The notes beneath the pieces were generated by a model. It saw only the letters and a list, made by a program, of their open reading frames with translations. It was not told the DNA's origin and searched no databases. This document shows positions 27,789 through 37,843 of a DNA stretch of 64,000 nt, one piece after another. Source of the DNA: a virus; the IMG/VR virus record IMGVR_UViG_3300031576_000036, positions 3,148 to 67,147 of that record; one strand, written 5' to 3'. The position numbers and the translations under genes were made by a program. The stretch's first letter is position 1; each line of letters opens with the position of its first letter.

Positions 27789-28475
27789 TTATTCAGGCCA
27801 CGTGCTTCCTGCTCCGTAAATCTGTCCCCCGCCTCTACGATTAAGCACATCGCGCAAGAGCGGCCCTAACAAATCTCCTACTTGCGCGCCGATCTGCCCC
27901 CAACCTTGACCTGCTTGCTGTCGCTGGCCCGCGAGTGATGCTTGACCGCCGAGCGCAGGACCGAGGACCGCCGATGAAGCGTCTATGGCTTGATTGCCGA
28001 AGCCTAGCGCCATCGAACCGGCTTGGCCTCCGGTGCGCAACAGTCCCTCCGCTGCCATCGTGCGGGCGCGCGGAACAAGTTCCATAAGTTCACGGTTCCT
28101 AGCCCAATCGAAGTTCATCATCCCCGATGTGCGCCCACCACCACGAGCGCCGAACCGCGCGGCATTCTGGATCATATTGGTGTAGTTGTCGTTGATGGCG
28201 GTTCGTTGGGGACCTAATATCTCATCAAGCGCCTGCGTCCCACTGCCGGACAGTAAGCGGTTGTAGAACCCAGACGCTTTGGAGATGTCGTTGATGGCGA
28301 TGGGTTGGAAGGCTTTGCGCGCGTCAGTTGCTTGCCCGCTCCAGTGGATCAGGTTCTCCATTACGGGGTTTATTTTCCCGGAGATGTCCCTTTCCAGTCG
28401 TGACCGACGATTGCCAAACAGCGAGCCTAAAATGGAACCTCCGAGGCCGATTAGGGGTATTAGTGGAAAAGGCAT
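27789..28475 (-). CDS. putative DNA pilot/ejection protein
   Basis: AAGGAG RBS before MPFPLIPLIGLGGSILGSLFG; G/A/Q-rich. Confidence 0.6.
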   Translation of the reverse strand: MPFPLIPLIGLGGSILGSLFGNRRSRLERDISGKINPVMENLIHWSGQATDARKAFQPIAINDISKASGFYNRLLSGSGTQALDEILGPQRTAINDNYTNMIQNAARFGARGGGRTSGMMNFDWARNRELMELVPRARTMAAEGLLRTGGQAGSMALGFGNQAIDASSAVLGPALGGQASLAGQRQQAGQGWGQIGAQVGDLLGPLLRDVLNRRGGGQIYGAGSTWPE

Positions 28476-28503
28476 TCTGCAATCTCCTTTAGTTGAGCAA
28501 GCT

Positions 28504-28953
28504 TTAGTTGAGCAAACGCCAAACCGCCGCTCCTGCACTTACGTTCGCCGCCAAATAAACGTTATTGGTAGTAGTGTTGATCCAAATTGAGCCGACTCCG
28601 TAGCCTTTGGTAAGGTCGTCGGTGACGGCTGGGACGGAGGTTGCGGCCAAGTTGGATAGCCGGGTTGCTATTTGGTCCACACCGAGTTGCACGAGCGCAG
28701 CTGGGCCGGTGGTAACGCCGTTGAGGATGTTAGCGCGCTGTAACTCCCATTGGCGCTCAATATCGTCCGCTGCGGAAGTCACTTCCACCCCTTGCGCGCT
28801 TTGTTGCTGCGATTGTTGCGATTGTTGCGATTGTTGCGATTGTTGCGCATCTTGGCGATAAACCATCTCCGCCAGCCCAGTTAGGAACCGCTGTAGCTGT
28901 TCCGGGGACTCGACTTGTTGACGGGTTGGGTAGAAGTTGTTTGCGCTTGGCAT
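28504..28953 (-). CDS. putative virion structural protein
   Basis: MPSANN start; C-terminal PAVTDDLTKGYGVGSIWINTTT...GAAVW fibre-like module; QQS repeat. Confidence 0.6.
   Translation of the reverse strand: MPSANNFYPTRQQVESPEQLQRFLTGLAEMVYRQDAQQSQQSQQSQQSQQQSAQGVEVTSAADDIERQWELQRANILNGVTTGPAALVQLGVDQIATRLSNLAATSVPAVTDDLTKGYGVGSIWINTTTNNVYLAANVSAGAAVWRLLN
28808..28845. repeat. 9-bp tandem repeat (GCGATTGTT)x4 encoding QQS repeats
   Basis: directly visible tandem copies. Confidence 0.7.
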
Positions 28954-28963
28954 ATTAGCGTTG

Positions 28964-30199
28964 TTAGCTGATCGGAATGAGTTGAAAGTATTGATTGGCC
29001 AAAACACTCGATGCGCTTGCATCGGAAGCGTTTTGAGCGAATTGTATCGTCAATGTTCCTCCTACATTGACCACCATCACCCCTTCGATGACACAGGTTC
29101 CCGTCGTCGTAGTAGTTGACGCGCAGACCACCGTGTCGAGTGCGGTCGCGCGAGTCGTGGCGATGATGCCGGTAGTCATCCGCAGGTGGCCTTCATAGCT
29201 GATTGCCGTCATTGTCGCGGTTCCGCTTACTGCCAACTTGAGTCCACCAGTCATGGGCGCGGTAGTTTGAATGACGGCGCGGAACGCATAAGCCCTTGCA
29301 GCTTCTACATCACGAGTTAGGCCAGTCACGTTTGCCAACGTGGTATCAGCGGTCTTATCAAACTGCGCGGAGTTGCGCGCGGCAAGTCCGGTAATGCGGT
29401 TCACTTCACCCGCTTCGTTGCGAGAGTAGAGGTTGTGGTTCCCGGCGGCGGAATCGCCGGAGTAAAACTGAACTGTGTCGGCGGGAGACGTGGAGGGAAT
29501 AGTGGAAGCCGTGAACGCCAGGACGCCCGCGCCGCTTGTGCCGATTGCTCCGGCGCTAGTGCCGATGATTAGGGAGCCTGCACCAGTGGAAGCGTTAGTT
29601 ACTCGCGCTACCCCGGCAGCCAGCCGCGCTACGCCAACATCTCCACCGAACGTAACCGCCCCGCTGGTGGACGCGACAGAGAGAGTGCTTGTGCCGAAGG
29701 TATACCTGAGCGCGCCGCTCGAAGAGAATCCAGGATTCCCGCTAGACAGGTAGAGACCGGTAGAGGTATCGGAGGCGAACGAATACGTAGGAAGCGACGC
29801 TGAACCATTACCTGCCGCGAATGCTCCGGCATCGCTCAGGATGGCGGTAGAGTTCTGAATCAGCTTACCGGTCGTGGAATCGAATCGCGCGACGGCGTTG
29901 TCAGTCGCGGACGCCGGGCCTACGACATCTCCTGTTCCCGGACCTGCGGCGGCAAAAGGCCCCACCCACGTGTTTGCCGGGGTGCAATAGTAGAGTCCTT
30001 GGGAGGAAGTGAGTTTTCCCCACACGCTACCCTCGGAACAGGTTGTTGGGAGGGTTGTGCCAGTTACGACTCGACGGGCGGTTTGCGAGGATGACTGGGC
30101 CAACGTGGGACAGGCAAACAGTAGTAACAGCCCCAAGGAAGGAAGCCACTTCCCTATCAACCACTTAAGCCATTTTGATCGTTTTCTATTGTTAAGCAT
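28964..30199 (-). CDS. tail fibre-like protein with N-terminal signal-peptide-like segment
   Basis: T/G/S/A-rich; GDVVGPASATDNAVARFDSTTGKLIQNS and GSASLPTYSF fibre-type motifs; LGLLLLFACPTLA/QS. Confidence 0.65.
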   Translation of the reverse strand: MLNNRKRSKWLKWLIGKWLPSLGLLLLFACPTLAQSSSQTARRVVTGTTLPTTCSEGSVWGKLTSSQGLYYCTPANTWVGPFAAAGPGTGDVVGPASATDNAVARFDSTTGKLIQNSTAILSDAGAFAAGNGSASLPTYSFASDTSTGLYLSSGNPGFSSSGALRYTFGTSTLSVASTSGAVTFGGDVGVARLAAGVARVTNASTGAGSLIIGTSAGAIGTSGAGVLAFTASTIPSTSPADTVQFYSGDSAAGNHNLYSRNEAGEVNRITGLAARNSAQFDKTADTTLANVTGLTRDVEAARAYAFRAVIQTTAPMTGGLKLAVSGTATMTAISYEGHLRMTTGIIATTRATALDTVVCASTTTTTGTCVIEGVMVVNVGGTLTIQFAQNASDASASSVLANQYFQLIPIS

Positions 30200-30530
30200 A
30201 TTCCACCGTTACGTTTACTTTCTGTGATGCCGCTCCACCTACGAGCCAGAAGTTAATTCGCTCACTGTTCTTGCCTTGTTGCGAGATAAGAAAGATGGTG
30301 TCTCCACCTTGTATCGTCTCGCCCTTGTTTGTGGCGCTCACACTGCTATCTTCGCCCTTGTACACATTGTCGCTGTTGCCAGGGTCGCCTTGCAAAATAA
30401 TCCTTTGCGCTCCGTTGGGAAGATTCGGAAAGATTTTGGACACCGAAACCCCTGCGGGTAGCGTCCCCCCGGAAAGAACCGTCCAAAGGTTCATCGGGGT
30501 TGCTCCGAGGGTGATTTGTGCGTATGGCAT
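30192..30530 (-). CDS. small beta-rich virion protein
   Basis: AGGAG RBS; IILQGDPGNSDNVYKG pattern. Confidence 0.6.
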   Translation of the reverse strand: MPYAQITLGATPMNLWTVLSGGTLPAGVSVSKIFPNLPNGAQRIILQGDPGNSDNVYKGEDSSVSATNKGETIQGGDTIFLISQQGKNSERINFWLVGGAASQKVNVTVEYA

Positions 30531-30629
30531 ATTGCGTTCTCCTACACAATCTGACTATAATTGCATTAGGGGCAGGCATTTCTACCTGCCCAAATAACTC
30601 AAACCGCTTGCAATGGGAGTGCAAATAGT

Positions 30630-31172
30630 ATGAGCAAGTCAAAGTATAGCACCAACATAGACAATTCAAAAGAGATTTGGAAGCCGATTCCGGGATTCGA
30701 GGGCCTATATGATGCATCTACGCAAGGTCGTGTGCGCCGTTCTATAACGTGGCAAAATCACAGAGGCTCCCCCAGTCGTCCAGGATTGATCCTAAAAATC
30801 TCGGCGAACAAGTTAGGATATTGCCGTGTTCCCCTGTCCAAAGCTGGCAGAAAGCGCGCATACAGCGTTCATAGAATCGTCGCTGCAACTTTCTTGGGGG
30901 AATCATTGGATAGCCCCTTGACGGTGAACCACCTAGATGGAAATAAAAAGAACAACTCGGTTATCAACCTGGAATGGTGTACGGCCAAGGCCAACTGTAT
31001 CCACTCTTGGTTTAATGGGCGGGCCAAAAAGCTGACTATCAATGATGTTAAACGTGTGCGTTACTTGCATACGTTGGGTTTCAAATGTGTTGCGCTAGCG
31101 GCTATGTTCAAAATATCTGGTGGGCAAATGTCCAGGGTATTGCGAGGGCAAGCCCATAAACACATTAGATAG
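30630..31172 (+). CDS. NUMOD4-HNH homing endonuclease, antisense to the structural operon
   Basis: EIWKPIPGFEGLYDASTQGRVR (NUMOD4), VHRIVA, VNHLDGNKKNNSVINLEWCT; C-terminal HTH. Confidence 0.9.
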   Translation: MSKSKYSTNIDNSKEIWKPIPGFEGLYDASTQGRVRRSITWQNHRGSPSRPGLILKISANKLGYCRVPLSKAGRKRAYSVHRIVAATFLGESLDSPLTVNHLDGNKKNNSVINLEWCTAKANCIHSWFNGRAKKLTINDVKRVRYLHTLGFKCVALAAMFKISGGQMSRVLRGQAHKHIR

Positions 31173-34100
31173 TCGCGCCGATACGTCTACTGTCCCCTCC
31201 AAATGGCTTGACGGCAATCATCTCACTGGTTCGTCCCCAAGGCGCGGAGATCACACACGAGTCCTTTTGAAACAATCTAAATCCTTCCACAGACGTAAGC
31301 TGATGTTCAAAGATTTTTCCCTTCAAAGCTCGCAATGGAAGGTAATACTTGCGCATCTCCCCACCGGACTGCGGGATGAAGTAGGTTGAGATAGCGCCGT
31401 CGCAGAGAATGTTGTAGACGACTTCGGCAGTGGAAGCGACGGTAATGTAGGCTTCGCGGAGAATCTGCCAGCCGCAAACATCGTGTGTCGTAGCTTGGGT
31501 TTTCCACACTTTGACGAGTTCCGGCGCAGGTTCGTGTACGAAAGTAACGTTGAATATCCGCCAGTCCACAAAGTCATCCACTGGTCGCAGGCGGAAGCTG
31601 CTTCCTATCACGGGGGTTTCGAGCGCATACGACTTCACGGATTGCCCGTCGTGGTTGATGAATAGCGATTGAATAACCCCTTGGTCGCCGCTCTCCAACT
31701 GTATCTCACGTTGGACTCCTTCGGTGTCAGCTTCGATTATGACGCCTTGGAGGAACTTGGCCCCCATATCCCCAGAGAGTTCCCAATCGGTCGCTCTCAA
31801 GAATGTAAGCTCAGGCTTAGGAATCCACGAGGGTTGCCACTCGTACAACTCAAGTCGCGCACCGTTCGTTCCAGGGTGGATGATGTCAATGCCGATGTTG
31901 ACCGCGAACAGTTCGTCCCCCTCCACGAGGTCTATAATCTGTATGCCCCTGCCAATGGAGAAAACCGAGTTCGCCACGACAAGGTTGGTGTAGTTGTCTT
32001 TATAGATGTTTACGTTCGCCGCTACCGTTCCCGTGGCGAGGTCAAACATTTGATCCCCGAAGCGTTTCTGGGATCGTGGGTCGTTGGCGTCAAAGGCAAG
32101 CGTAAGTATGCGAGCTTGAATGGGATCAAGGTTGTCCATCGCGCCGCCGTAAGAGACGAACGATCCAAAGCCCGTGAACCCAACGGTGCCGAAGAGGATT
32201 TTATAGCGTGTTGGGCCTTTGTCGGAGTAAACAACTCGCACCCCACCGTCGGAGTAAACGTCGTAATACCACCGACGCTTAGCTTTGTCCCAAACAAGCA
32301 TATTCCATTGATTGCTGCTGTCTTGATAAACAAAGCGAAGGTACTGTCCGTCCGAGTCAAGCATCATCGAGTTGGGCTTGGTGTAGGCAGGCGAGGGCAA
32401 GCCGCCTGCGAGCGACGTGGGAGTTCCTTCTTGACCGTCGTGAGGGAAGAGAGGGAAAAGGGTATCATCTGTAATAGATCGTGGTTGTCCGCCCTCGGAC
32501 TCGTAAATCCCATCCTTACCGATGAAGTAGATAAGGGTGTCCACGGTGATCCCTCGGCGTGTCCAAGCTCCCTTGCCGTTGGCGACTTCCTGGGAGATGA
32601 ACTGCGGCTGACCCGGTTGGGCGGAGAAGTTCTGCGAAATCAAGTACATCTTCTCCGTTGTCCACACGTAGGGCCGTCCGTCGTAGATACAACCGCCGAT
32701 GAGAGGTTGTGATGGGGAAGCGACTTCCAGGTAGTTCAAGTCTGAGCAACTGTTAGGGTCGTTCCCATTGGACCAGTAGAGCACGCCGGGGTTGAGTGAG
32801 TCACCAAGGAAGAAGTAGAACAACCCGAACTGCCCTTGGCCATAAGGTCCAAACACCGTTGGCAGAGGTTGCCCCATCACAATCGGGTTCGGCATCTCCC
32901 ACACCGCGCCAGTCGCCGTCCCCGCCGATTGCGTGAGTTCCGTGACTGTTGTGCTCTCAGGCATCGCATACGTCAAGTAAGCTTTGCCGTTTATTATAAT
33001 CTCGTTACCCGGAGAGTCGTTCGTGGTAAACGCGCTTCCACCAGTAATAGTCACTCGTGTGCCTACGACGTTGCACGTTCCACTTCTGGGGATACCGGCT
33101 GTGGGCACGGGAGGAAAGCGGTCAAACGTGAGCAAGGGATTGTTGGCGATGCTTCCGTCCGTGAGGTTGTCTACGAAACTGGGAGAGCCGGTGTTGTCTA
33201 CGGTTGCGAGATAAATCCATTGGAGCAGCGTGCCTCCGTAACGGTAGATGTCGAGCTTGTCCACTTGAGGGTCTGGGTGCAAGGGACAGGTGATAGTACG
33301 TTGTTGCCGACGACCGACTACGCCTGCGCGCGTCGGTGGCGACGGTAATCCCATCTCTCCAGTTGAGGAATTTCGTCCGACTGTGCGGTAGTAGTAAGCA
33401 TTTCCCAGCACATCGTAGTCAATTTCGGCGTCCGGGCCATACGTGCCTCCGATCCACACCGACGAGAAGCGGATGGTAGTGGTGTCAGAGACGTTGAAGT
33501 TGATCATAAAGGATGTGCAGTCCTTCAAGGAGCGAGACTGGTCAGTTCCGACGCGGATGAGATCGCCGACCTTGATCCGCAACTGATACCACTGCTCCTG
33601 CCCCGATCCCACTTGGAACTCTCCGCTATCCCGAACGGGAGCAGTGAATAGTCCCCCTCCCTGGCCAGTGTTGCCGTCTTGCTCCGCGAGCCTATTCAAT
33701 ATTTGTTGCCGGACTCGCGTTGGAAGGATGCCTCTGGGTTGAAATTGCTCGATCTGCTGCCTGGATGATCGTTCGTTGAAGCGATCTAACTGCGAAGACT
33801 GGACGTTCTGAAAGCTCGCTTGGAGTTGCGTTGTGGTGTTAGTGGAGACAGCATAGCGTTGCAAATCAGCGGTACGAAATGGATAGAAGTAATAATTCCG
33901 TGATAAATCCGTGGCCGCATACGTCGTGGTAGTGTTAGGGTCTACATCGAAGAATATTCTTCCTTCGATAAGCTTGGTTATGTCGGAGAGATAGACGCCT
34001 ACGCAGATTTCGTCGTCATCTGTGATCGGGCGCGAACCAGCCGCCGACAAATCTCGTGCAATGTTGTGGCGAATGTTTCCAATTCCAGCGGGAGTAATAA

Positions 34101-35160
34101 TTGATTCGTAAGCTTTAGTGATAAGCGTCTCGGCTGCAATATGATTACTGACTGTGTAACAACGGAAGTTTCTAAACCCCGTGACGGCTTGCCCCGCAGT
34201 GAAAGTTCCCGTGGTGGAGCAGCGGAAGCAAGGTTTACCGTCGGGACCGTCTGTGACGGAGAGAACGCGGACGATCTCGGTTGCAGCTAATTGTACAAGA
34301 GTGTTGACTAGCAACCCAGTAACGGGAGTTGCGAGTTGGATAGTGCAGAATCCACTTGCTCCGATTTCATAAACGATTCCTTCGATGGTGGTTGATTTGA
34401 TTTGCGGAAAGGTTTGCTCAACCGCAACGTATTCAGCGGTTCCGCCGCCGCTATTTATCAAGATGCGCTGTCCAGGTTGGATGTCGGTTCCTTGGCTAGC
34501 AGGAACTATGTTGCAATACCCAACCGCGCCAGAGTCGTAAACAATGTTGTTTATTGTGGTGTTCGTGCGGTTGGTTTGCGTCAATGTGGAAGCATTGACG
34601 CTTTTGTTCCAAACGTTTCCATTCTCTGCCGTCGCTTGGGGGTTGGCGCTGGTGCAGTCCGTGATGGAATTATACAACGCTGGAGAGAGAGTGACGGAGC
34701 ACTGTTCGCGCGGCGGGAATATCCCCCATTGCTGCCCATTTCCCAACACATCAAACTTCCTCATTCGGGTCCCGTCCGTTAGGTAGAGCAAGGGGGAGGG
34801 AGAGCGTTCCGGTCGGCCTTCGACGGCCATCAAGGGTAGGCCGCTGAATCCGGCTTCGGAGAACACGAGGACGGTTTTGCCGAATAGGATGGCGTTGTCT
34901 GCGCCGACGATGTAGGTGTAGTCGTTGCGGGGAACGTCGTTGAGGCGATGAATACTGTGGATGTTCAAATACCCACCGCTTATATTAGTAAAGCCAGGTC
35001 TGGTAGTTATCTGACCTTCCACATAGCTTCGTATGTTCTTCGCAAATGGATAGTAGCCATCTTCCAAGAAGTTGACTGGACGAGCGACGTTTATTCCTTT
35101 GTAGTAAAATTTGAGCGGCTGGCGTTGAAAGGCATCGCCAAGCCCGCTACCCCAAGCCAT
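31165..35160 (-). CDS. putative tail nozzle/stabilization protein
   Basis: 1331 aa beta-rich; NIR...GQITTRPG N-terminus, LYWS and IYFIGKDGIY propeller-like motifs; follows adaptor-like gene. Confidence 0.6.
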   Translation of the reverse strand: MAWGSGLGDAFQRQPLKFYYKGINVARPVNFLEDGYYPFAKNIRSYVEGQITTRPGFTNISGGYLNIHSIHRLNDVPRNDYTYIVGADNAILFGKTVLVFSEAGFSGLPLMAVEGRPERSPSPLLYLTDGTRMRKFDVLGNGQQWGIFPPREQCSVTLSPALYNSITDCTSANPQATAENGNVWNKSVNASTLTQTNRTNTTINNIVYDSGAVGYCNIVPASQGTDIQPGQRILINSGGGTAEYVAVEQTFPQIKSTTIEGIVYEIGASGFCTIQLATPVTGLLVNTLVQLAATEIVRVLSVTDGPDGKPCFRCSTTGTFTAGQAVTGFRNFRCYTVSNHIAAETLITKAYESIITPAGIGNIRHNIARDLSAAGSRPITDDDEICVGVYLSDITKLIEGRIFFDVDPNTTTTYAATDLSRNYYFYPFRTADLQRYAVSTNTTTQLQASFQNVQSSQLDRFNERSSRQQIEQFQPRGILPTRVRQQILNRLAEQDGNTGQGGGLFTAPVRDSGEFQVGSGQEQWYQLRIKVGDLIRVGTDQSRSLKDCTSFMINFNVSDTTTIRFSSVWIGGTYGPDAEIDYDVLGNAYYYRTVGRNSSTGEMGLPSPPTRAGVVGRRQQRTITCPLHPDPQVDKLDIYRYGGTLLQWIYLATVDNTGSPSFVDNLTDGSIANNPLLTFDRFPPVPTAGIPRSGTCNVVGTRVTITGGSAFTTNDSPGNEIIINGKAYLTYAMPESTTVTELTQSAGTATGAVWEMPNPIVMGQPLPTVFGPYGQGQFGLFYFFLGDSLNPGVLYWSNGNDPNSCSDLNYLEVASPSQPLIGGCIYDGRPYVWTTEKMYLISQNFSAQPGQPQFISQEVANGKGAWTRRGITVDTLIYFIGKDGIYESEGGQPRSITDDTLFPLFPHDGQEGTPTSLAGGLPSPAYTKPNSMMLDSDGQYLRFVYQDSSNQWNMLVWDKAKRRWYYDVYSDGGVRVVYSDKGPTRYKILFGTVGFTGFGSFVSYGGAMDNLDPIQARILTLAFDANDPRSQKRFGDQMFDLATGTVAANVNIYKDNYTNLVVANSVFSIGRGIQIIDLVEGDELFAVNIGIDIIHPGTNGARLELYEWQPSWIPKPELTFLRATDWELSGDMGAKFLQGVIIEADTEGVQREIQLESGDQGVIQSLFINHDGQSVKSYALETPVIGSSFRLRPVDDFVDWRIFNVTFVHEPAPELVKVWKTQATTHDVCGWQILREAYITVASTAEVVYNILCDGAISTYFIPQSGGEMRKYYLPLRALKGKIFEHQLTSVEGFRLFQKDSCVISAPWGRTSEMIAVKPFGGDSRRIGATI

Positions 35161-35167
35161 ATTGTTG

Positions 35168-36544
35168 TTAGCCTCCTGTGATGGAATCGGAACTGTCAGT
35201 GTCTATGCGTCGTTGGTAGCGGGCTTCCTTGTCCCGACTGCTTATATCTTTCATAGTGTTGAAGTTGCGCGCTTCGACTGCGAGCTTACTGTTATATTCC
35301 ATAGCAGCCTTGAAGAAGCGTTCCCAGAGGGGTTGAGTTGCGAAAAATTCCGCGCCGCCGAGTTTAAAGACCGCCAAGTGTCGCGCGTAGTCCAAGACGG
35401 ACTGGACGTGCTCATTCGCTATCTGTAAGGAAGCCACTTCCGGGATGGGGGCTTCGATATTCATCTCCAGCGAAATAGCGTAACCCGTGGAATCTGGCTT
35501 TGGGTGTAGGCCGAAGATATTCCAACCGTAAGCAATGAGTGCTCTAGACATCCCCGCTGCGACGTTTTGCCAACCCGGTTCCCACGAGTCCATATCCGAA
35601 ACTTGGATGACCGGAACGGGGGCGTTGTTCACGTAGGCGACTAGCACGGACGGCGAGATGCGCGAAAGCAAGAGAGCGTCTTCGTAGCGTTTGCGACAGT
35701 AATCTGCGCGGGCGTGGTCGCGGGATTGGCCATCGGCAGACAGTAAGAAATGGAGGGCTAGCCATTTTGTAGCGTATTGCCAGTCCGTCGCGGGGAAGCG
35801 GTCAGAGCGGATGGAGATAATCTCCGCAAGCGCGCTGATATTGGGCGGGGGGATCAGTCGCAACGAGGGCTGCGTGTTGGGCAGCAAGAACGAGTAAGCG
35901 TAGGGGATTCCCTCGTTTACCAAACTCCCCACGGCGAGCCGGTTGTACTGGGCGTCGAATTCGTCTTGCCTGCGGAGGGTGATGCGTTTGTTGTTGAATG
36001 AGGGATCGCCGGGGGTGACGAACTTGAGTTGGAGATGCCGCACGTCGGCTACGCCGTTGTCTAGTTCCAGGATGTAGCTCGGAGCGGAGGGAATGCTCTG
36101 TGGAAGTTCTTCGCTCAAAACCATCCCCACGTCAAACTGAAACTGCGCGCACGCCTGGATAACGGCGTCGTTGATTTGCGTCGCGGAGAACTGTCCTGTG
36201 GTGGGGAAGTTGGTGTAAGTGTAACCGCTGGAAGTGAAGTCGCTGAATGGTTCGACGAGCGCGTATTGAATGTCGTTTATAAGAGCGGACTGGTTGCTCT
36301 CCACGACAAGCAACGGCGTAGCTCCGAGGGAGGCTGCGGACGACAAATCATAAATCTGTTGGTTGGTGATGGTGGCGAACTGCCTACGCGCCCGCCAATA
36401 GCTCGCATAGAATCCCCAAGTGCGCAAAGACTCTCTCAGATAGCGTTTGAGTTCGTCTTGGACCCAGAAGGTAAATAGCGGATCGCCCAGCGAACGCGCC
36501 AGGGATTCTGAGAGAGTCGTTAGGGTTTGCGATGCATACGGCAT
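35168..36544 (-). CDS. putative head-tail adaptor/tail tubular protein
   Basis: LGDP...FW.QDELKRYL N-terminus, LRLIPPP and LHPKPD motifs; position in the tail module. Confidence 0.55.
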   Translation of the reverse strand: MPYASQTLTTLSESLARSLGDPLFTFWVQDELKRYLRESLRTWGFYASYWRARRQFATITNQQIYDLSSAASLGATPLLVVESNQSALINDIQYALVEPFSDFTSSGYTYTNFPTTGQFSATQINDAVIQACAQFQFDVGMVLSEELPQSIPSAPSYILELDNGVADVRHLQLKFVTPGDPSFNNKRITLRRQDEFDAQYNRLAVGSLVNEGIPYAYSFLLPNTQPSLRLIPPPNISALAEIISIRSDRFPATDWQYATKWLALHFLLSADGQSRDHARADYCRKRYEDALLLSRISPSVLVAYVNNAPVPVIQVSDMDSWEPGWQNVAAGMSRALIAYGWNIFGLHPKPDSTGYAISLEMNIEAPIPEVASLQIANEHVQSVLDYARHLAVFKLGGAEFFATQPLWERFFKAAMEYNSKLAVEARNFNTMKDISSRDKEARYQRRIDTDSSDSITGG

Positions 36545-36553
36545 TGCGAGTAA

Positions 36554-37063
36554 TTACTTGTCGTTACTTTGGGAAGCGGCTTCCTTTGTTGGTCTGACCA
36601 ACTTACCTTCCACGATCTCACACCCCTCGCAATTGTGCGCTCGTCGCACGTCTGCTATCCATTGCTGCTCCCGAACGCTGATGGGTTGGAGTTGTGAGAG
36701 CGCCAAGACGTGCTCAGTCGCCGCTGCACACCGCTCACTGGAAGTCTTAGCCGTAGTAAGCCGTTGGTAGCTTGCACGGGCTTCATCCTGGAAAGGCTTG
36801 GCGTCCGCTTGGATCGCTTGGAATCGCTTGATCTCGTCAGCGGTGATTGCCAAGGGATCAGGGGTAACGGAAGCTTTAGCAGCTTTCGTCGGTTGGGCAG
36901 CTTGCGCTGGCCCTTGCGACGGCGATTGCGCCCCTACACCCACAACAGCAAACGCCAATGCCATTGCGAGCGCGCCGGTTGCGCCTACGGCTACCAGCTT
37001 GTTGCCAAAAATCTTGTTAATCCAATAGTTAATCATCGTCGTTGTTTCTCCGTTTTTGTTCAT
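36554..37063 (-). CDS. exported or membrane-anchored coiled-coil protein (spanin candidate)
   Basis: hydrophobic N-terminal segment ending VGA/QS, helical body, three Cys. Confidence 0.5.
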   Translation of the reverse strand: MNKNGETTTMINYWINKIFGNKLVAVGATGALAMALAFAVVGVGAQSPSQGPAQAAQPTKAAKASVTPDPLAITADEIKRFQAIQADAKPFQDEARASYQRLTTAKTSSERCAAATEHVLALSQLQPISVREQQWIADVRRAHNCEGCEIVEGKLVRPTKEAASQSNDK

Positions 37064-37092
37064 CGTTAAGGCACCTTTCTTTCGATTTGCTA

Positions 37093-37530
37093 TCAGGATT
37101 CTATCACATCCTCCGCCACCGTCCTACTCACCCAGCGCAACAAAAATGCTACCAACAGCCAAACTGCAACCGTGCGAAACCCCGTCGTGGCTATCCGCAT
37201 CAACAGGTCGTTCGCAGACACGCATACGATGTTACAGTCCGTTGAGCTTCTCGGCGCGAATATGACTACGCGAACAGACTCGGCTACGAGCGCAATACAA
37301 GCGATTGCGATCCACTTTAGTAATCGAGAAAGCTGTCGGAGTTGGATTTGATCGCTGACTGGAAGCGGCTTCCGAAGACGTTTTGCTATTTGGTATTTAA
37401 GATAGAGTGTATAGTGCGCAAGGAGTCCCGTCGCCATCGCACCCAACAGCCTTAACCCCAACCACACATAGAACAGCGTGAGGTTGTCTGAGGAAAGCGT
37501 GAGGAAGTTAGAGAGATTTGAGAGCCACAT
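37093..37530 (-). CDS. multi-TM membrane protein
   Basis: three hydrophobic segments. Confidence 0.6.
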   Translation of the reverse strand: MWLSNLSNFLTLSSDNLTLFYVWLGLRLLGAMATGLLAHYTLYLKYQIAKRLRKPLPVSDQIQLRQLSRLLKWIAIACIALVAESVRVVIFAPRSSTDCNIVCVSANDLLMRIATTGFRTVAVWLLVAFLLRWVSRTVAEDVIES

Positions 37531-37537
37531 ATTGTTG

Positions 37538-37831
37538 TTAAGGAAAGACCTTAAACACTGCTCCTAACGCTACCGATGCAATCGCAGTCAGCAATCCCAA
37601 CGCCCACCACAGCACGCGGCGGTTGTACTCCTTGAGGTCGGATTTCGTCTCGGTTGCCACCAGTTGTACATTGGTGATGCGTTCCGTTTGTACCGCCACG
37701 TCCTTGGCGATAGCTTTCATTTCACTCTCTATCTGACGAAAGAGCGTTAGCACGTCGGAATCAATTGGCATTGCTGTAGGCATCCCTGGGCACCAAAAAT
37801 GGGGGATTCTGCGCCTCCGGTTGCTCATCAT
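37538..37831 (-). CDS. coiled-coil plus C-terminal TM protein (XhlA/holin-like)
   Basis: heptad region followed by VLWWALGLLTAIASVALGAVF; start codon uncertain. Confidence 0.55.
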   Translation of the reverse strand: MMSNRRRRIPHFWCPGMPTAMPIDSDVLTLFRQIESEMKAIAKDVAVQTERITNVQLVATETKSDLKEYNRRVLWWALGLLTAIASVALGAVFKVFP

Positions 37832-37843
37832 TACGCGACAAGG

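Noticed and set aside
28487-28515. Short direct repeat TTTAGTTGAGCAA x2 (also the duplication near 8450-8478)
   Set aside because: Simple local duplications with no further structure.
31669-32712. 347-aa plus-strand ORF and similar long antisense ORFs (52077-52949, 58745-59539)
   Set aside because: Shadow frames of well-supported minus-strand genes, with no RBS or domain motifs, unlike the intein-nested HNH.
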